Positions 26,192 through 39,694 of a stretch of DNA of 64,000 nt are shown in pieces. This DNA comes from Lama glama (taxonomy: Eukaryota). Below the pieces are notes generated by a model, which did not search any database, was not told the DNA's origin, and worked only from the letters and a program-made list of their open reading frames with translations. Within the stretch, counting starts at the first letter, position 1, and each line of letters starts with the position of its first letter. The stretch covers positions 10,294,001 to 10,358,000 of the forward strand of contig CM052816.1 of assembly GCA_028534125.1 (NCBI GenBank). Reading direction: 5' to 3'. The translations under genes and the position numbers were made by a program.

Positions 26192-26964
26192 TTCCAACCT
26201 AAATAAAGGACACTTTCCTTATTTAGTTCAACTATATTGCTTTCAGCCCTGTTCAGCTTCTGGCCTAGACTGATGTGGGTTTTGGATACCCTTTCTAGCA
26301 ATTTTTTCACAACTCCCTGTTGAATGGCTTTTTCTCTGTCCTTTCTGCTCAGTTGCAAAAAAATAAAATTAAACTTGAAAAAGAACCAAAAAACTCTTTG
26401 GATCCTAAAGGGCTCTCTGTTCTTTACCCACTGACATATTTTGTAGAAATACTGATATCTGCTTATTACATTTGAAAATTTACAAAATGTTTACAACATA
26501 AGTAGGTAAGTGCGCTTCTCTTTGACTAAATCAATGCTTCTAATCTCAAGGGGACTGGAAATGTGAATATGCCATCACCTCCTGGGATGGATGCTAATGG
26601 GAGGACTGGACTGCCCCCTGGCCACTCCCTCTTCAAATCAGTCCTCTTTTTACCTTTCCCCTCCCATTTTCTGCAGCCAGAAGGAAACCAGTGAGAAAGA
26701 CCCTGGGCAACCCAGAGAAATAGGCTCCTCTGTTTTCAGACTCTTCTGCTGTGAAATCCTTTTCATCAAATTCAGTATGTATCTATTTCAATATATGAAA
26801 TAGACTAAAAAAATGTGATGAAATAGAATGGGCTCCTCAGCTTGGCCTCTTCTTTGGCCCTAGTCTGTGTGTGGAATACAGTTCTCTTGAGGAACATTTC
26901 TTCTGTTAACTAGATTATAGGGGACCCCATGCTTAGAGAGATGGGACTAAGCGTAGTGGAGCTA

Positions 26965-27150
26965 TTATTTATCGCTACCATTTATTGAGAGCCTTGGCAC
27001 AAATGGCATAGGTTCTCTCATTTGACTGACAACAACTCCAAGAGCTACAGTGACTAACTGTCATTTTACATCCTGGCTAGAGGTTCAGAGAGATTAAGTA
27101 ACTTGACTAAAGTCACACAGCTGCAAAAGCAAGATCCTGGGATTGATCCC
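26965..27150 (-). mobile_element. MIR
   Basis: gctaccatttattgag...gaggttcagagagattaagtaacttgactaaagtcacacagct. Confidence 0.7.
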
Positions 27151-29888
27151 TCCAGATATGAGTTAATTTCACAGGTAGGAAAGCAGTAATTCCTTATCCA
27201 CAGGTGACTGTCCCCACCCCCTCACCTCCAGCTAGCCACACCTCACACATGGGGCCAGTGTTCATAGGCTGGAAAGAGTGGGAATGGTCAGGCCAAACCT
27301 GTCCCATCCCCAGTGGAACAACTGAGTGCATGTCCTCCACATCGCGGTTCGTGCCTTGCCTTGCCAGCTGTCTTAGCTGGCTCCTGGCTCTTACCCAGGA
27401 GCATGTTTGAGTGCAGGGTGGAAGCTCAGATGCTGTTTTTTGGCCTTGCATAAGTTCGGATCTGGCCCGGAGCCCCTTCTCACTCTCTGTCCCTGTCCTC
27501 TGCCCAGATGTAGAAGGAGCCAGGCTCTCTGTTCTCGTTCAGCCAAGCAGAGAAACCCAGGATACACCCAGCACTCTAAGCCAGATGGGGGAGCTCCACT
27601 CTAGAAGGGTCCAGGAGCCTGTGGGGACATCCAGGATTCAAGGGCACGTTTCTCTTGGCTAAATTAGTCTTTTTCTTTTTAGTTCCTATGGAAGTGCTGG
27701 ACACTGAGCTATGGAGGATATGGAGGATAAAGTGAGATTTTATTTTTAAAGAGAGGGGTTCCTCTGCCTAGTAGAGCAAAGGCGCCCCCTTGTTTTGTGA
27801 TGCAGGGAAAGGAAGAGAGCCCTGGATGGAGTGTCGGCACATTGTGGTCCAGGCCTGCCCTTGCTTCTAATTTATGTGTGACTCTGGGCAAACCCTTAAC
27901 ATCCCTCTCCGATTCTGCATCAGATGAGGGCATTGAACTGGATGATCCCCAAGTCCCTGCCAGTGCAAATGATCCTGTGAGCCTTTATTTTGCCTTCTGT
28001 TTTCTCCTGAGATCATAGTCAGCCCTCTACACTTGGTTCCAGATCCACAGAGAGGAGTTCTAATCCCTTCCCGGGATGGAAGAGAGCATAGTGAGGACAT
28101 GGATGAGGGCAGTAGTTGTTGGCTTAAACGCAGCAGGACTGGCCCACATCTGTGTTGAATAGAATGGTCTTTGGTTGTTTTTTCACCTTTAAAATCCCAG
28201 GCTTTTTCTCATTCAGAGAGTAGACTTGATTAAGACTCATTCAGAGAGTAGACTCTGTCCAAGGGAGCAGCAGGATAATGATGATTGATAGGTCTTTTTC
28301 TTAGCAGAGCTTGAGTATTAATTCAAAAGAGTATTATTAAACTGGTATCGTGATTCATTTGCTGGCGCATACATTGTCTCTTCTGGATAAAGCTACCATT
28401 GAGAAGGGCACAAAGGCGACAATTGCCCTGAGTCTAGACTGGTCAGACCAACACGCAAAGCACCAGGGAGCAGCTCCGAGTCTACATATGGCCCCCAAGC
28501 TCTTGTCACTTGCTCTTGCCAATATCTGAAATGCAATGGCTCCCATCCAATGGGAATAACCTCCCCTCAAAGGCCAAATAATGCCACGGACACTCCATGA
28601 GGTAGGGATGGTTTTTTTTTTCTGTCATTATCACTGATCTCCAGCACTGTGTCTTTGGCATCTTTGGCAGGCACACATGAAGCTCTCTGTAAATGTTTGT
28701 TGAATGGATGGATGCACTGATTTAACACTTACTTTGCAGAGATAATTTCAAGCGAGAAGATGATCAGAATGCACATGTATTTTTGCTTGTACATCATCTT
28801 CCCTTTCGCTGACAACTTTCTAGAATATTAGCTTTGAAGAGATAAGGCATGTCTCTAAGAACCCAGCACAAGCTCTCCGGGCTGAGAGAAATACAACAGC
28901 ACTTGAGCAGAACGAGGAGCATTAACTGTGGTCCAGGATCTGAGTGGGGGCAATGTACTAGGGAGTCCATCCATCCCTTGTACTTCTTTCTTCTCAGGCC
29001 CCTCTTCCTCTCCTTCCAATTCCGCATCTGGCCTCATTCTCAGCCTGTTTCGGGGGCTACCTGGGTACTTCTTACTTGCAGACAGACCTGTCGTTTCTCT
29101 TACTGAAAATGATTTAAAAGAATTAATATAGACCTTTGTGTCTTCTTTCAAAGAGGAAAAATTACACGACAGTTTGAACCAGGATCTAACCTAGATCTTT
29201 CTGCCTTTGCGGGAACCCACAGGTCATTCCAGGTGTCAGCAGCCAGTAGACAGGTTGGTCTGCGTTCATGCAGCAAACCCCACCTTTCAGAAGGTTTGGC
29301 CAAGGAGCAGCCTGTAGTTCTTTGTCATTCCTCAGGCTGGGTTGGCCATTTTTGAATGGAATGTTTTTATGATTGTGTGTATGTGTTTTCAGTTATAAAA
29401 AAAAAAAAGTGATGATTGTAGAAAAATTTACCAAAAAGCCAACAAAACAAGGAAAGTAAAAATAAGCGCCCATGAAATTTTTTCAGCTGATAGGCATTGG
29501 AAAGTTTGACTACATCTATCTAGAGTTTTTTCTTACTACTGTGTATGTTGTTTATTAAAATGGTCCCCCATATTTGCTGTTTTATATTCCACAATGTATT
29601 ATGACATCTTTCCCCGTTTTAAATTTTCTTTCAGAACATAATTTGAAATACCTACGTATTACCCCAGTGCTTCAAAAAAATCCCATTTTGCTTGAATTTT
29701 TTGGTTGTTCGTGATATTAACAGTACAAATGAGATGGTAGGTTTGTTTTCAGTTTGGCTGGTTTTTTTTAACTGAAGTTAAATTACATTAAATTAAATTT
29801 AGCTACCCCAGGGTGAGGAGTTGAGTAACTTGCCCCAAAACTGCTCAGTTTTTGAGTCTTGGACTCTGATTTGAGTCCTAGTGTCTTT

Positions 29889-30022
29889 TTAAAAAAGTTA
29901 CTTTTATTTATTTGGGGGAGGGTGGTAATGAGGTTTATTTATTTTAATGGAGGCACTGGGGGTTGAACCCAGGACCTTGTGCATACTAGGCAGGCACTCT
30001 ACCACCAAGCTATACCCTCCCC
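29889..30022 (-). mobile_element. Vic-1-like SINE with TSD
   Basis: SINE body ending gctataccctcccc; TSD gagtcctagtgtcttt (29873-29888) / gcgtcctggtgtcttt (30026-30041). Confidence 0.88.
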
Positions 30023-30977
30023 TTAGCGTCCTGGTGTCTTTAATCTTACTTTTATATTCTTGTCATCACTCCACTAGCTCCAGCAGTTCTGCTGTTTTCC
30101 TGGGAAAATTCTACTTTCCCTCTTTGTTTTCTTCTGCTCTCAAGTGAGCACCTTTGTTTTCTCCCCGCCACCCTTGCTTGCCTCCCTGTCTTGCTGAGGC
30201 TGTTGCCATCTGTGAGGTGCACAGTGTCTTAGGACTGAAAGCTACACAGCTGGAGAGGAAATATGCCCGCTCCTCCCTCCACCTTCCCCATGCCCTTAAT
30301 GACTTAACCTATAAGCTTGGGAGCTGGTTTTAATTTTGCATTTTCTGTGTGTATATGTGTTTCTTTTAAAAAAACTTCTCCCCCTTAATTCTTTCAAGGA
30401 TACCTTTATTTGAAATTGTACCCTCTTTCCTTCCAAGCCAGTCCCTGCCCCAAATCTTGATGAGATTACTTTGTTTGAGGATATTGCTAAATTCATAGCG
30501 AGGTTTCTGGTTTAGCCGAATAAATTGGTTTAAATTATGGCCTTACAGAGAGAGAGGGCTTTAAACAACTTGAATAGTTTTCAAGCAATTGACCATAAGC
30601 CTCTGCTTCTAGAAAATTCATTCTAGGTTTATTCATACGGAGAAGGTATGATTTTGTTTTGCTGTGTTTTGTTTTGATTTTGGTTACTTCATTGCACACT
30701 CAGTCTCAGATTCTTTGATGTGAGAAATCATGGGGAAAACTTAGCTTTGCTTGGTTAAGGGCAGGATGAGAAATAAGGGATCCATTATTCCAAGCCTCTC
30801 ATTTTAATGATTAAGAAAATGTGGGCCAGAAAGGGCAGATAATTTGCCCAAGGTCACGCAGCAAATTCTTTTTTTAAAAAAAGAGGCAAAGGACTCATTT
30901 CCCTTGCTCTGGTTCAGTGCTAGTCTCACCTTTTTTTTTTTTTTTTTTTTTTGTAGGGGAGAATGTGAGGGGGAGTG

Positions 30978-31208
30978 TGTTATGGGCAGATTTGTCCACT
31001 CAAAATGCATGTTTCGAGGTCCCCCCAGGATCTCAGCAGGTGACTATATTTAGGGGTAGGGTTTTTAAAGAGGTGATTAAGTTGAATGAAGCCATTAGAG
31101 TGGGCCCTGATCCAGTTTCAGCCTCTGGAACTGTGAAAAAATAAATTTCTGTTGTTTAAGTCACCCAATCTCTGACACTTTGGTATGGCAGCCTTAGCAA
31201 ACTAACAC
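30978..31208 (+). mobile_element. MaLR (MLT1A/B-like) solo LTR with an internal deletion
   Basis: Starts tgttatgggc; tttaaagaggtgattaagtt...gtgggccctgatccagt joined to cagcctctggaactgtga...aataaatttctgttgtttaag...tatggcagccttagcaaactaaca. Confidence 0.85.
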
Positions 31209-31369
31209 CAGAGGAAGGTAAGAACAAAGACATTCAAAATTCAGAACTTCAAACTTGGGAAGTTGTCCATGAACTGAAATGGGAAACCCAGATAATTATT
31301 ACTACTTCTAAGAAATAATGCTGTGCCAAAGCCCATACTAACTTGATTTGGAATCATAGTTTTGTATGT

Positions 31370-31530
31370 GGCATCTCATTTCACGCTTGTAACATGCCTG
31401 AAGTATAGTTATTATTAGCTCCACTTTGCAGATGAGGAAGCAGGCTCAGAAAGTTAACTCATCGAAAGTTACATATTTATGGGCTAAGTGATTGAGTTAG
31501 GTCCAAATTCATCTCTTTGTCTGACTTTAA
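31370..31530 (-). mobile_element. MIR
   Basis: ccactttgcagatgaggaagcaggctcagaaagttaa. Confidence 0.65.
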
Positions 31531-32319
31531 AACTGTCACTACACTGAAGTCAACCCACACTGTTTAGTAACCATTGTTACCGAGTTGCTTAAAGTTAGGA
31601 AGAGAAAAAAATGTCCTCTGAAGTCTCAGTGGCCTGGAATCCACTTAAATGATTGAACAGGAACTATTTGGCCCCTGATTTTAGGATAAAAATAGAGATC
31701 TGGGAAGTTTGAAAAGATAGTGAAGGTATTCGAGTTTCACTACAAAGGTTTCCCAGTGGCTTATACCTTCACACGTCAAAATGGACAGCTTCACATAATG
31801 AAGAATTAACAGTCATTAGTGATGGACCCCAGGCCCCCAGGAAATCTGAGCTGGCGGAGGAGAGTCAGTTACCCACAGCAGGTCACGCTTGCTGAAGCAG
31901 GAAACCAGAGCCGGGCCTCTGCAACATGAGTGGATGTGGAAGCTCTCTGTGCCGGAGTTTTACAAATAGCTATTTTAGAAGTATTTGTAACAGTAAGACC
32001 TGATAAATATGCAATAGCCAAAAAAAAAAAGGCAAATGAGCTTGAGCTGCTGGTAAAACCTCTTGCTACGAGAGAGGAAATAGGAGGTGCTGTAGATGTT
32101 GACTGTGGGGGGCTCTGTTGCACCTGCGTCCTCCGTGTTTGAGGATCGTGTGGTCTGTCATCGCTTAAATGTATGAGTTCAACCTACTTGGACTTCATTA
32201 GTAAGAAGACACAAGCAGGTTGAGAGGTGGCTGGGCTTTGTCCTCAGCAGATGGTGGGGTTAAGGCCCAGCTCAGTGTGTGCTAGCTGTGCAACTGTGTG
32301 GGCTCTGCCTTTAGAATAG

Positions 32320-33050
32320 ACTCTTAATCCAGCCACTTGTCACCATTTTTCACCCCTGCCACCACCACCTGAGCTCGACCCTCTATCACCTAACTGCATG
32401 AACCCAGCAACGGTCTCAGTGCTTCCACTTTGCCAACCATAAGGTCATTTCTCCATGCATAAGCTGAGTGATCCTTTAAAAATGTAAATTAGGTCAAGTC
32501 ACTCCCCAGCTCAAAAATTGTTGCACTTGGGATGAAACCCAGACCACAGTGCTCAAGGGTCCCCATGGCCTGGCCCTGACTGTCTGTCTGGACTCCAGTC
32601 CTGCCACTGCCCCCCAGTGACTTGGCGTCAGCCGACCTCCCTTCTTGCTCTCCCTTGAACCTGACATGTTCATCTCCAGCTCAGAGCTTCGGTACTTGGG
32701 GTGCCTTGGAATAGGGAGCCTTGGAATAGGGAGCGGTCGTTTCTTTACCTGCGGAGCTCAGTTCAGCTGACAGCTTCCTAGATGTGCCTTCTTTGAAAAC
32801 CTAATCGGAAGCAGTCCCTGACCCTCTTCTAAGCCTCCACCATCCCCTCACCCTCTTTCTAAATGTCACTCATCATTGTTGGAACAACTCTACCAATTTA
32901 GTGACTGACTTATTCTTTGCTGTTTCAACTCCTACAGTTGCAGTGGCAGGAAATCTGTTTTGTTTATTCTTGTATCCCTAGGACTGTGAATGGGAGGCAT
33001 TTACAAATGTTAAATGAAGGAATGAATGGATGAATAAATAAACAAATGAA
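32320..33050 (+). mobile_element. L2 3' fragment
   Basis: gtgatcctttaaaaatgtaaattaggtcaagtcactcccc... ending in a (TGAA)n-like tail. Confidence 0.75.
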
Positions 33051-33074
33051 AAGGCGTGCTGTCCCTTTACTTTA

Positions 33075-33214
33075 TTTTTGATTTCTTTTTTGTTTGTTTT
33101 TGCTTTGGGGGGGAGGTAATTAGGTTTACTTATTTATTTTAATGGAGGCACTGGGGATTGAACCCAGGACCTCCTGCGTGCTAAGCACACTACCCCTTGA
33201 GCTATACCTCCCCC
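33075..33214 (-). mobile_element. Vic-1-like SINE
   Basis: ggaggtaattaggtttacttatttattttaatggaggcactggggattgaacccaggacctc; tttacttta on both sides. Confidence 0.88.
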
Positions 33215-35429
33215 GTTTACTTTAAACTAATGTGCTTGCCCTGGGCTAAGTGGTCTGGAGAGAACAGGTGTCAAGGAAACTGCGTTATCAGAAGGCTTCT
33301 AAACTCTCTGCCCTATGGTGATAGGGACTATGTCTGTCTCCTTCTCCCCTGTGTCACCGCGACCAAGCTCAGTCTAACTTCACGTGAATGAAATGATCAA
33401 TGGAAGATGAAAAGACTTGGGGTAACAGACACAAGCGATAGCACATAGATGAACACCTGCTGCATCTGAGGTGACTTCTAACTTGTTTGCTCTTTTTTTA
33501 GACACAATTTAACACGTGTCACCATGCACATCTTAGTCTGGTATGCAGCAAACCCCTGTAATTGTCAACTTCAGTAGCCCCGGCACTTTTGGAAACGTTT
33601 CTAAGCAGAGACATGTCGTAAAAGAATGGGCTACTTTGGAACTATTCCAAAAGATTATTCTCCTGGTGTTAGAATCATAGAATGGGAAATAGTGATCCTT
33701 GGGAAGGGAAGAGTGTAACTCATGACTTTGTAGGTAGGGATGAAGTCCGTGGGCCTTCAGGCACAGGGAATCGATCCCTGTGGTGTGGGCATGACATTTG
33801 TGAATAGAAAGCAGTCTTGAATATATTCCAGGAGGTGTCTGTTGGGTGAAGCCTTCGATCTTTGTTGAAGGTGAAGAAACGTTTTGTTAGAGGATTAATG
33901 CCCCTGCCTCCGCTAGTCTCATTTCTGAGTTCTATAATTTTTAAGAGGTGTCTCAGTTGGATTTATTTCAAGGGTTCATTTCACTCAAAGTCTCCCTAAT
34001 CTGAAGTCCTTGTTCTCAGAGCACCTGCAGTTTTCTCTGTCAGTTAACTTGGAGAAGTTTGGGGCCTAAGAGTCAAAAATTGTCACTGCTTTAGTAACCA
34101 CCTGTCTATCAAATGGAAGCAGAGGTGTGGATATGCAGGTTCCTAGGCAGATAGAAGGCTGGGACCCAGAGAATCCGTCATTACCGTTATCTGCTTCTTG
34201 TGTCAAGAAAGAGCCAGAAGAAAGAGAATTAATTCCCCATATTCCTTCTTAAGAATTATGTCTGGGTTCTTCTGGAAAGGGAGTTAAGGCACATATGTAA
34301 ACCGAAAAGAAATGAAAAATCAAGCTACTTTTCAAAATAGAGGAGAGAGTTGGTAGGTGTCCTAGTGAAAGGCGCTGAGAAGATGTGAGTCTGATTTTAA
34401 AGACGTGCATTTCTTGAGCACCTCCTATGCACCAGAGTTTGGGCTTTCTCCTGACCACGGTCCTTTGGGGCTGGTGCCGTTTTCCTCATTTTATAGCTAA
34501 GTGTGTGATGCCAAAGCCCTTCTCTTTTTCACCATCCCAGCTGGCTGCTCTGGCACTGATTCACCACTTGGATCCTTTAGCTGCAAAGAGACTGATGAGG
34601 CCCTTTTGCTCATTGTCCTGGACAGACCCAACCTCTGATGTCTGGACTCCATGGAAGAGCAAACTGGGGCCATCTCTGCTCTTTGAAATGGTCCCTTCCT
34701 CCCATGCTGTCTCTCCAAGAGCCCTTTCCGCAGCCTTGTGGTGTGAGCTGGAACATGGCAGCTGCATGTTCTCAACACGTCCACCACGGGCCAGTTTTAG
34801 GAAGCTGCAGAAACCAGTGGTTGTGTGCTGAGAACCGCAAACCCTGGGCAGCCCCTGCCAGTTTTCAAAGTATAAGGTCAGACTTGGAGCAGAATCCCTG
34901 TGGCCTCCACAAATAGATGGGGAGCAATTGCCTGTCATTTGAAGGTGCCGCTCACACATTCCAAGACCCAAGCCCTCATTCCTCCTCTGGGAATTGCATT
35001 CTGGCTGGCTTTCAGATTTAGTGAAAGAGTTTCTTGTTTCTGAGAAGCAAGGGGGTGGGAATTCACTAGGCTTCCCTGTCATTCGAAAGGCCCAGCCAAG
35101 CCAGCTGCCAGGCACAAGTGAGCAAAGAAGATAGCTACTTCTGAAAGAGGGGCATGGGTCCCACTCAGTGGACAGCAGCACAGAGAGGTGAAGTGTCTTG
35201 CCCGTGGTCACAGAGCTATGACCAGAATCCAGGTCCCTCCTATTCTTCGTTGCCTTTCATTTGGTATATCCATCTCAGTGTGGCCTTAATTCAGCTCCAT
35301 CCATCAGCATCTGACCATTCTCTCAATCACAGGCCCCCATTTCTATCTATGTGCTGTGTGGCTAACCAGCACCTCAAAATTCTTATTCATACTCACACCC
35401 CAACTTTGTGACTCACCTTTCTGTCTTCC

Positions 35430-35625
35430 TTTTTTTTTTTTAGTACTTCTATTTCTTTTTTTATAATATCACTGTATTTTAATTTTATTTATTACTATTT
35501 TGGGGGGGTGGGGGAGATAATTAGGTTTATTTACTTACATATTTATTTGATGGAGATACTTGGAATTGAACCCAGGACCTCGTGCGTGTTAGGCACACAC
35601 TCTACCACTGAGCTATACCCTCCCC
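35430..35625 (-). mobile_element. Vic-1-like SINE abutting the poly(A) end of an L1
   Basis: gaattgaacccaggacctcgtgcgtgttaggcacacactctaccactgagctataccctcccc plus a long T-rich tail. Confidence 0.88.
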
Positions 35626-36036
35626 TTCTTTCTTTTTTTATTTTTTAAAAATTGAAGTATAATTGATTTACAATGTCGTGTTAGTTTCAGATGTACACAC
35701 ACATATATAACTATTCTTTTTCAGATTCTTTTTTACTGTAAGTTATTACAAGGTATTGAATATAGTTCCCTGTGCTGTAAGTAGGTCCTTGTTGTTTATC
35801 TGTTTTATATATAGTACTGTTTATCTGTTAATCCCAAACTCCTAAATTATCCCTCCCCTCCTTCCCCTTTAGTAACCATAAGTTAGTTTTTTATGTCTAT
35901 GAGTCTCTTTCTGTTTTGTAAATAAGTTCATTTGTGTCTTTTTTTTTTTTTAGATTCCGTATGTAAGTGATATCATATGATATTTGCCTTTGTCTGACTT
36001 GCTTCACTTTGTGTGATAATCTCTGAGTCCATCCAT
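35626..36036 (-). mobile_element. Young L1 3' end
   Basis: ttgaagtataattgatttacaat...tagattccgtatgtaagtgatatcatatga...gtccatccat. Confidence 0.88.
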
Positions 36037-36679
36037 CTGTTCTCTATTTTTGTTAATGGGTCCTTCCTGGCCATCCTGCCTGGAAGCCGCGTTCACCTTT
36101 GGCACGTCCCTTTCTGTTCCCCCGCAGTTTCCCTCGGCTGTGCGCCATACACATTCTAATCCACACTCTTGCTGTCACCTGGCCCAGAGCAGTCTCCTTA
36201 TTGTTCTTTTCCTTTTTTCAAAAAAAATTCTTTATTAAATCTCTTTTAAAAGTTATGAAATGGCATATGCATTGTGCAACTAGCAAAATAATAGGTACAT
36301 AAATTAATTAAGGAAATAAGAAATACAGGAGACAGAGACAGAGGTCAAGTCCTCATCCCTCCTCCCTCTACCTCCCTCCTTCCTGCCTCACCGCATGTTG
36401 ATAATTTGGTGCACATTCTTCCGGACCTTTCTCCTGCGCACACAAAAACAGAATAGACCTATTTGCATATAGTATTTTTCGTTTGCTTTTCCAAGAATAG
36501 TGTCGTGTTTTGCACATTGGTCTGCATTTTACTTATTTTATCTATTTCAGTTTTACATGTTCAAGATACAGCTTTAATCTGTGTCAAAGGTAGCTGCACA
36601 GTAATCCATAGTGTGGCTGTATTGTAGTTAATTAAATCCTGTCCTGTGTTTGGATATTCAGGGACTGGGCTAGACATTT

Positions 36680-37120
36680 TCTGTTTGCCTCTCCAGACAC
36701 CCTCTCCATGTTTTTCTGCCCCCCTCCATACCCTGGACCTGTCTGGGCTGCACTGATACATCCTTTGCCCTTGGGCTCCTGGCTGGATTTAGTTCACGTG
36801 GCACCACTAGGAGATTGGAGGGAGGGTGGGCAGTGAAGTCAGGGTCTCCCCCCACCCCTGATTCCTTTCTGCTGGGTTACAGTGGAGTGGCTGCGTGCCT
36901 CTGCTGGAGGTCCCAGGTCCTGGCAAGGCGCCCTCTCCACTCAGCTGCCCTCTTCAGCCTCCTTGAGCCCAGAGGTGGGATGGCTCCCTGCTGTTCAGTG
37001 GGGCCTGGATGCTGTGCACCCATTTAATCTCTCTAAATCCTGCCCACGCTTTGTTAAATAATCCCTTTGTTAAACTCTCTTTAATAATCCAGTCTGAGGA
37101 TTCCATCTGTCTCCTGGCAT
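36680..37120 (+). mobile_element. LTR33-like (ERV-L class) solo LTR
   Basis: tttgcccttgggctcctggctggatttag...aggagattggaggg...ttgttaaataatccctttgttaaactctc...ccatctgtctcctgg. Confidence 0.65.
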
Positions 37121-37759
37121 CTTCAGCTGTAAAGGTTGTTTCTTTTTTTTTTTTCCCCTGCCACTTGTTACTACGTTCTGACCCCTTCTGTCCTTTATCT
37201 CCAGCGTGGCCATTCTGTTAGCTTTGTATTTTTTTTTTAAACCTGGAGATTGTATTTCACTTATTTCCTTAAAATCCTTCCAGAGCTCCCCAGGACCCTT
37301 GGGGTAAAGGGCAAACCCGATAACTAGCCATTGTTTGCATCCCCTGTTCCAGGATCTTAAGCATAAGGGACCCCACCCATTTCCAAAGTTTCCCCCTGAA
37401 ATGCATTTCTTGAATTGGTATATTTAGTTTTCCCAGTGACTGATTATGTGATGCCAGACCCTGTGCCAACCCCCTTAAGCTTCCATGTCTTCTTCAACTT
37501 ATGGGGGATAATAGCAGATAATTCATTTCATTGAGGGGTTAATAGAACAGAATGTACGTAAAGCTTCTAAGGAGTTTCTGGCATGTAAGAAACATTCAGT
37601 AAATGCCAGTTATGAAAGAATGGCTCCCCACTCTCATCAGAATTGCCTTTGACCATACCTGTCTGTCCAGGTCAGCCGTTTTCTCAAGACCCACCTTGAC
37701 GAATCTCTGTAGACCCTTTGATTTCTACCAGAGAATTTTCCTCCCATTTCTTTCTCTCT

Positions 37760-38130
37760 TAATTAATAAACTTTGCTTTTCAGAGCACTTTTAGATTTAC
37801 AGAAAAATTGAGCAGAAAGCACTGAGAGCCCCCGTACGCTCACTCCCTTCACCTTAAACTTTCCTCTTTTATTAACATGTTGGTGTGCTAGACATTTGTT
37901 ACAACTGATGTACCCACATCGATAGGTTATTAACAGGAAGTCCACAGTTTTACATTAAGATTTGCTTTTCTTTTGGTCACTTCTTTGAGTTTTGACTAGT
38001 GCATAATGCCTTGTATCCCCCATTAGAGTATCTTATGAAATCATTTCACTGCCCTGAAAACCCTCAGTGCTCTGACTGTTGGCCTATTCACCCCCAACTC
38101 CCCACCTCCCCAGACCACTGATCACTTTAC
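37760..38130 (-). mobile_element. L1MC-like 3' UTR fragment
   Basis: ttttcagagcacttttagatttacagaaaaattgagcagaaag...catttgttacaactgatg...tttcactgccctgaaaa. Confidence 0.75.
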
Positions 38131-39539
38131 GTCAATAATTTTACCCTCTCTTTCTACTTCACCTTACTCTTTGTGTTCATGGCTTATTTTTCCTACTGTT
38201 ATCTTCGCGTTCACCGAACATCTCCACAGCCAGCAGTCACACAAGAGTACCTTTCAGCAATGAATTATTAAACCTCTTCATCCCTAGACTCAAAGCCTGG
38301 TTGAAATTTCAGGCACTCCTTTTAATGAAATGGGCTCTGGGCTTTTGCACAGGCTGTTGGGCTAATGGGACACAGGATCCCTGTAGAACGTAGCTGGACC
38401 CAGTTTCCTAGTCTGTGTGTGGACAGAGAGCTTTCACCCACAGCACATGAAACTGGGGCCTAAAAGGAACAATGCAAAACAAAACCAAAACCCCCAAATA
38501 ATAGAACACAAACCTGTTATATAAATCCAGACCAAAGATGGCCATGAATCAGATCGCTAAAGCACTGACTTTTCTTCAGTCTACGTTCTGATTCACACTC
38601 TGGCTCTGAGCAACACACTTCTCAGGCACCCTGTATATAACAGTAATAGCTCCCTTATATTGGTACTGCAATTTGGATTCACCTTTAATGGGACATCTAT
38701 GTAATCAGAGCGATGAAGTGGAGGTGGGAGCACGATAGTGGAATTAGCAGTGGTAGTGATATTTGTCATGCCTGCCACTTAGGGAGCTTTTTCTAAGTGC
38801 CCAAGCCTGCATCCTGCTCTTTAATTCTCACAGTAGCCCTGAGAGGTAGGCGTTATTTTCTGTACTTTACAGACACATGAATGGGTCTTTCTAGAGAGCT
38901 ATACCTTCACTCAGCTGAGGAAGCTGAGGCCCAGAGATGGATCAAGTCACTTGCCCAAAATCACACCGTTAAGTGAGCAGCAGAGATGCCGATGCAGCTC
39001 TGACTTCCAGACTCCCTTGGGCGGTACCTAAATTCTGAATGGCTGAATGTGGAAACATGGTAGTAAATGCAACTAAATTTTTAAGCTGTGATACGAAAGA
39101 CATAGTTAGTTCTCTTACTTTTTCCAGGACTATAAACATCATATTCTTTCAATCAGTATGGAAACTTAAAATAAATGTAGCCCAAATAGCAGAGGCAGAG
39201 GCCTGTCCCCTTGTCCTGTGAAGCATAGTTCACATCCATGTCCCATCCTAAGGTGGTGGAAATCCACAGTCCCTCCCAGTGTTTTCCGGAATGGTTGTGG
39301 GCCCCAGCCTGCTTTGAACCTTGAACTCTCAGCCATGCCTCACCTTGCTTGGTTCTGCTTTGCCAACTTAGGTTGAAAACTTGACCTATTTTTCTTGACT
39401 CACTGCCCCCATCAAAAAAAAAAAAATTTATGGCTGGTTTCCATTCAAGCAGCCACTTTTCCATTTTTCCCTCCTGAGAGCCCAGTTAAAGATGTAGCCA
39501 GTGTTTTTCTGTTACCCAGATTTGGCACTTCCTATTTAA

Positions 39540-39690
39540 AAAAATTTTTTAACAACTTTATTGTGACGTAATTTATGTGCAGTAAACTACACATATTTCA
39601 GATGTACAATTTGATGAATTTTGATAGATGTAGACACCCATGAAACCACCACCACAATCAACATAGCTAACATTTCCATCACTGCCCAAG
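39540..39690 (-). mobile_element. Old L1M (L1MB-like) 3' terminus
   Basis: aacaactttattg...gtacaatttgatgaattttga...cccatgaaaccaccaccacaatcaa...aacatttccatcac. Confidence 0.75.
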
Positions 39691-39694
39691 TGGT

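Noticed and set aside
25441..26358. 305-aa and neighbouring X-filled ORFs with an internal repeat
   Set aside because: Produced by the N gap and its duplicated flanks.
32703..32734. Short tandem duplications (15 bp here; 16-bp period at 763-793)
   Set aside because: Ordinary slippage duplications; two copies only, with no array or spacer structure.
34561..35211. 216-aa minus-strand ORF
   Set aside because: Non-ATG start, no recognisable domain, intronic; consistent with chance.
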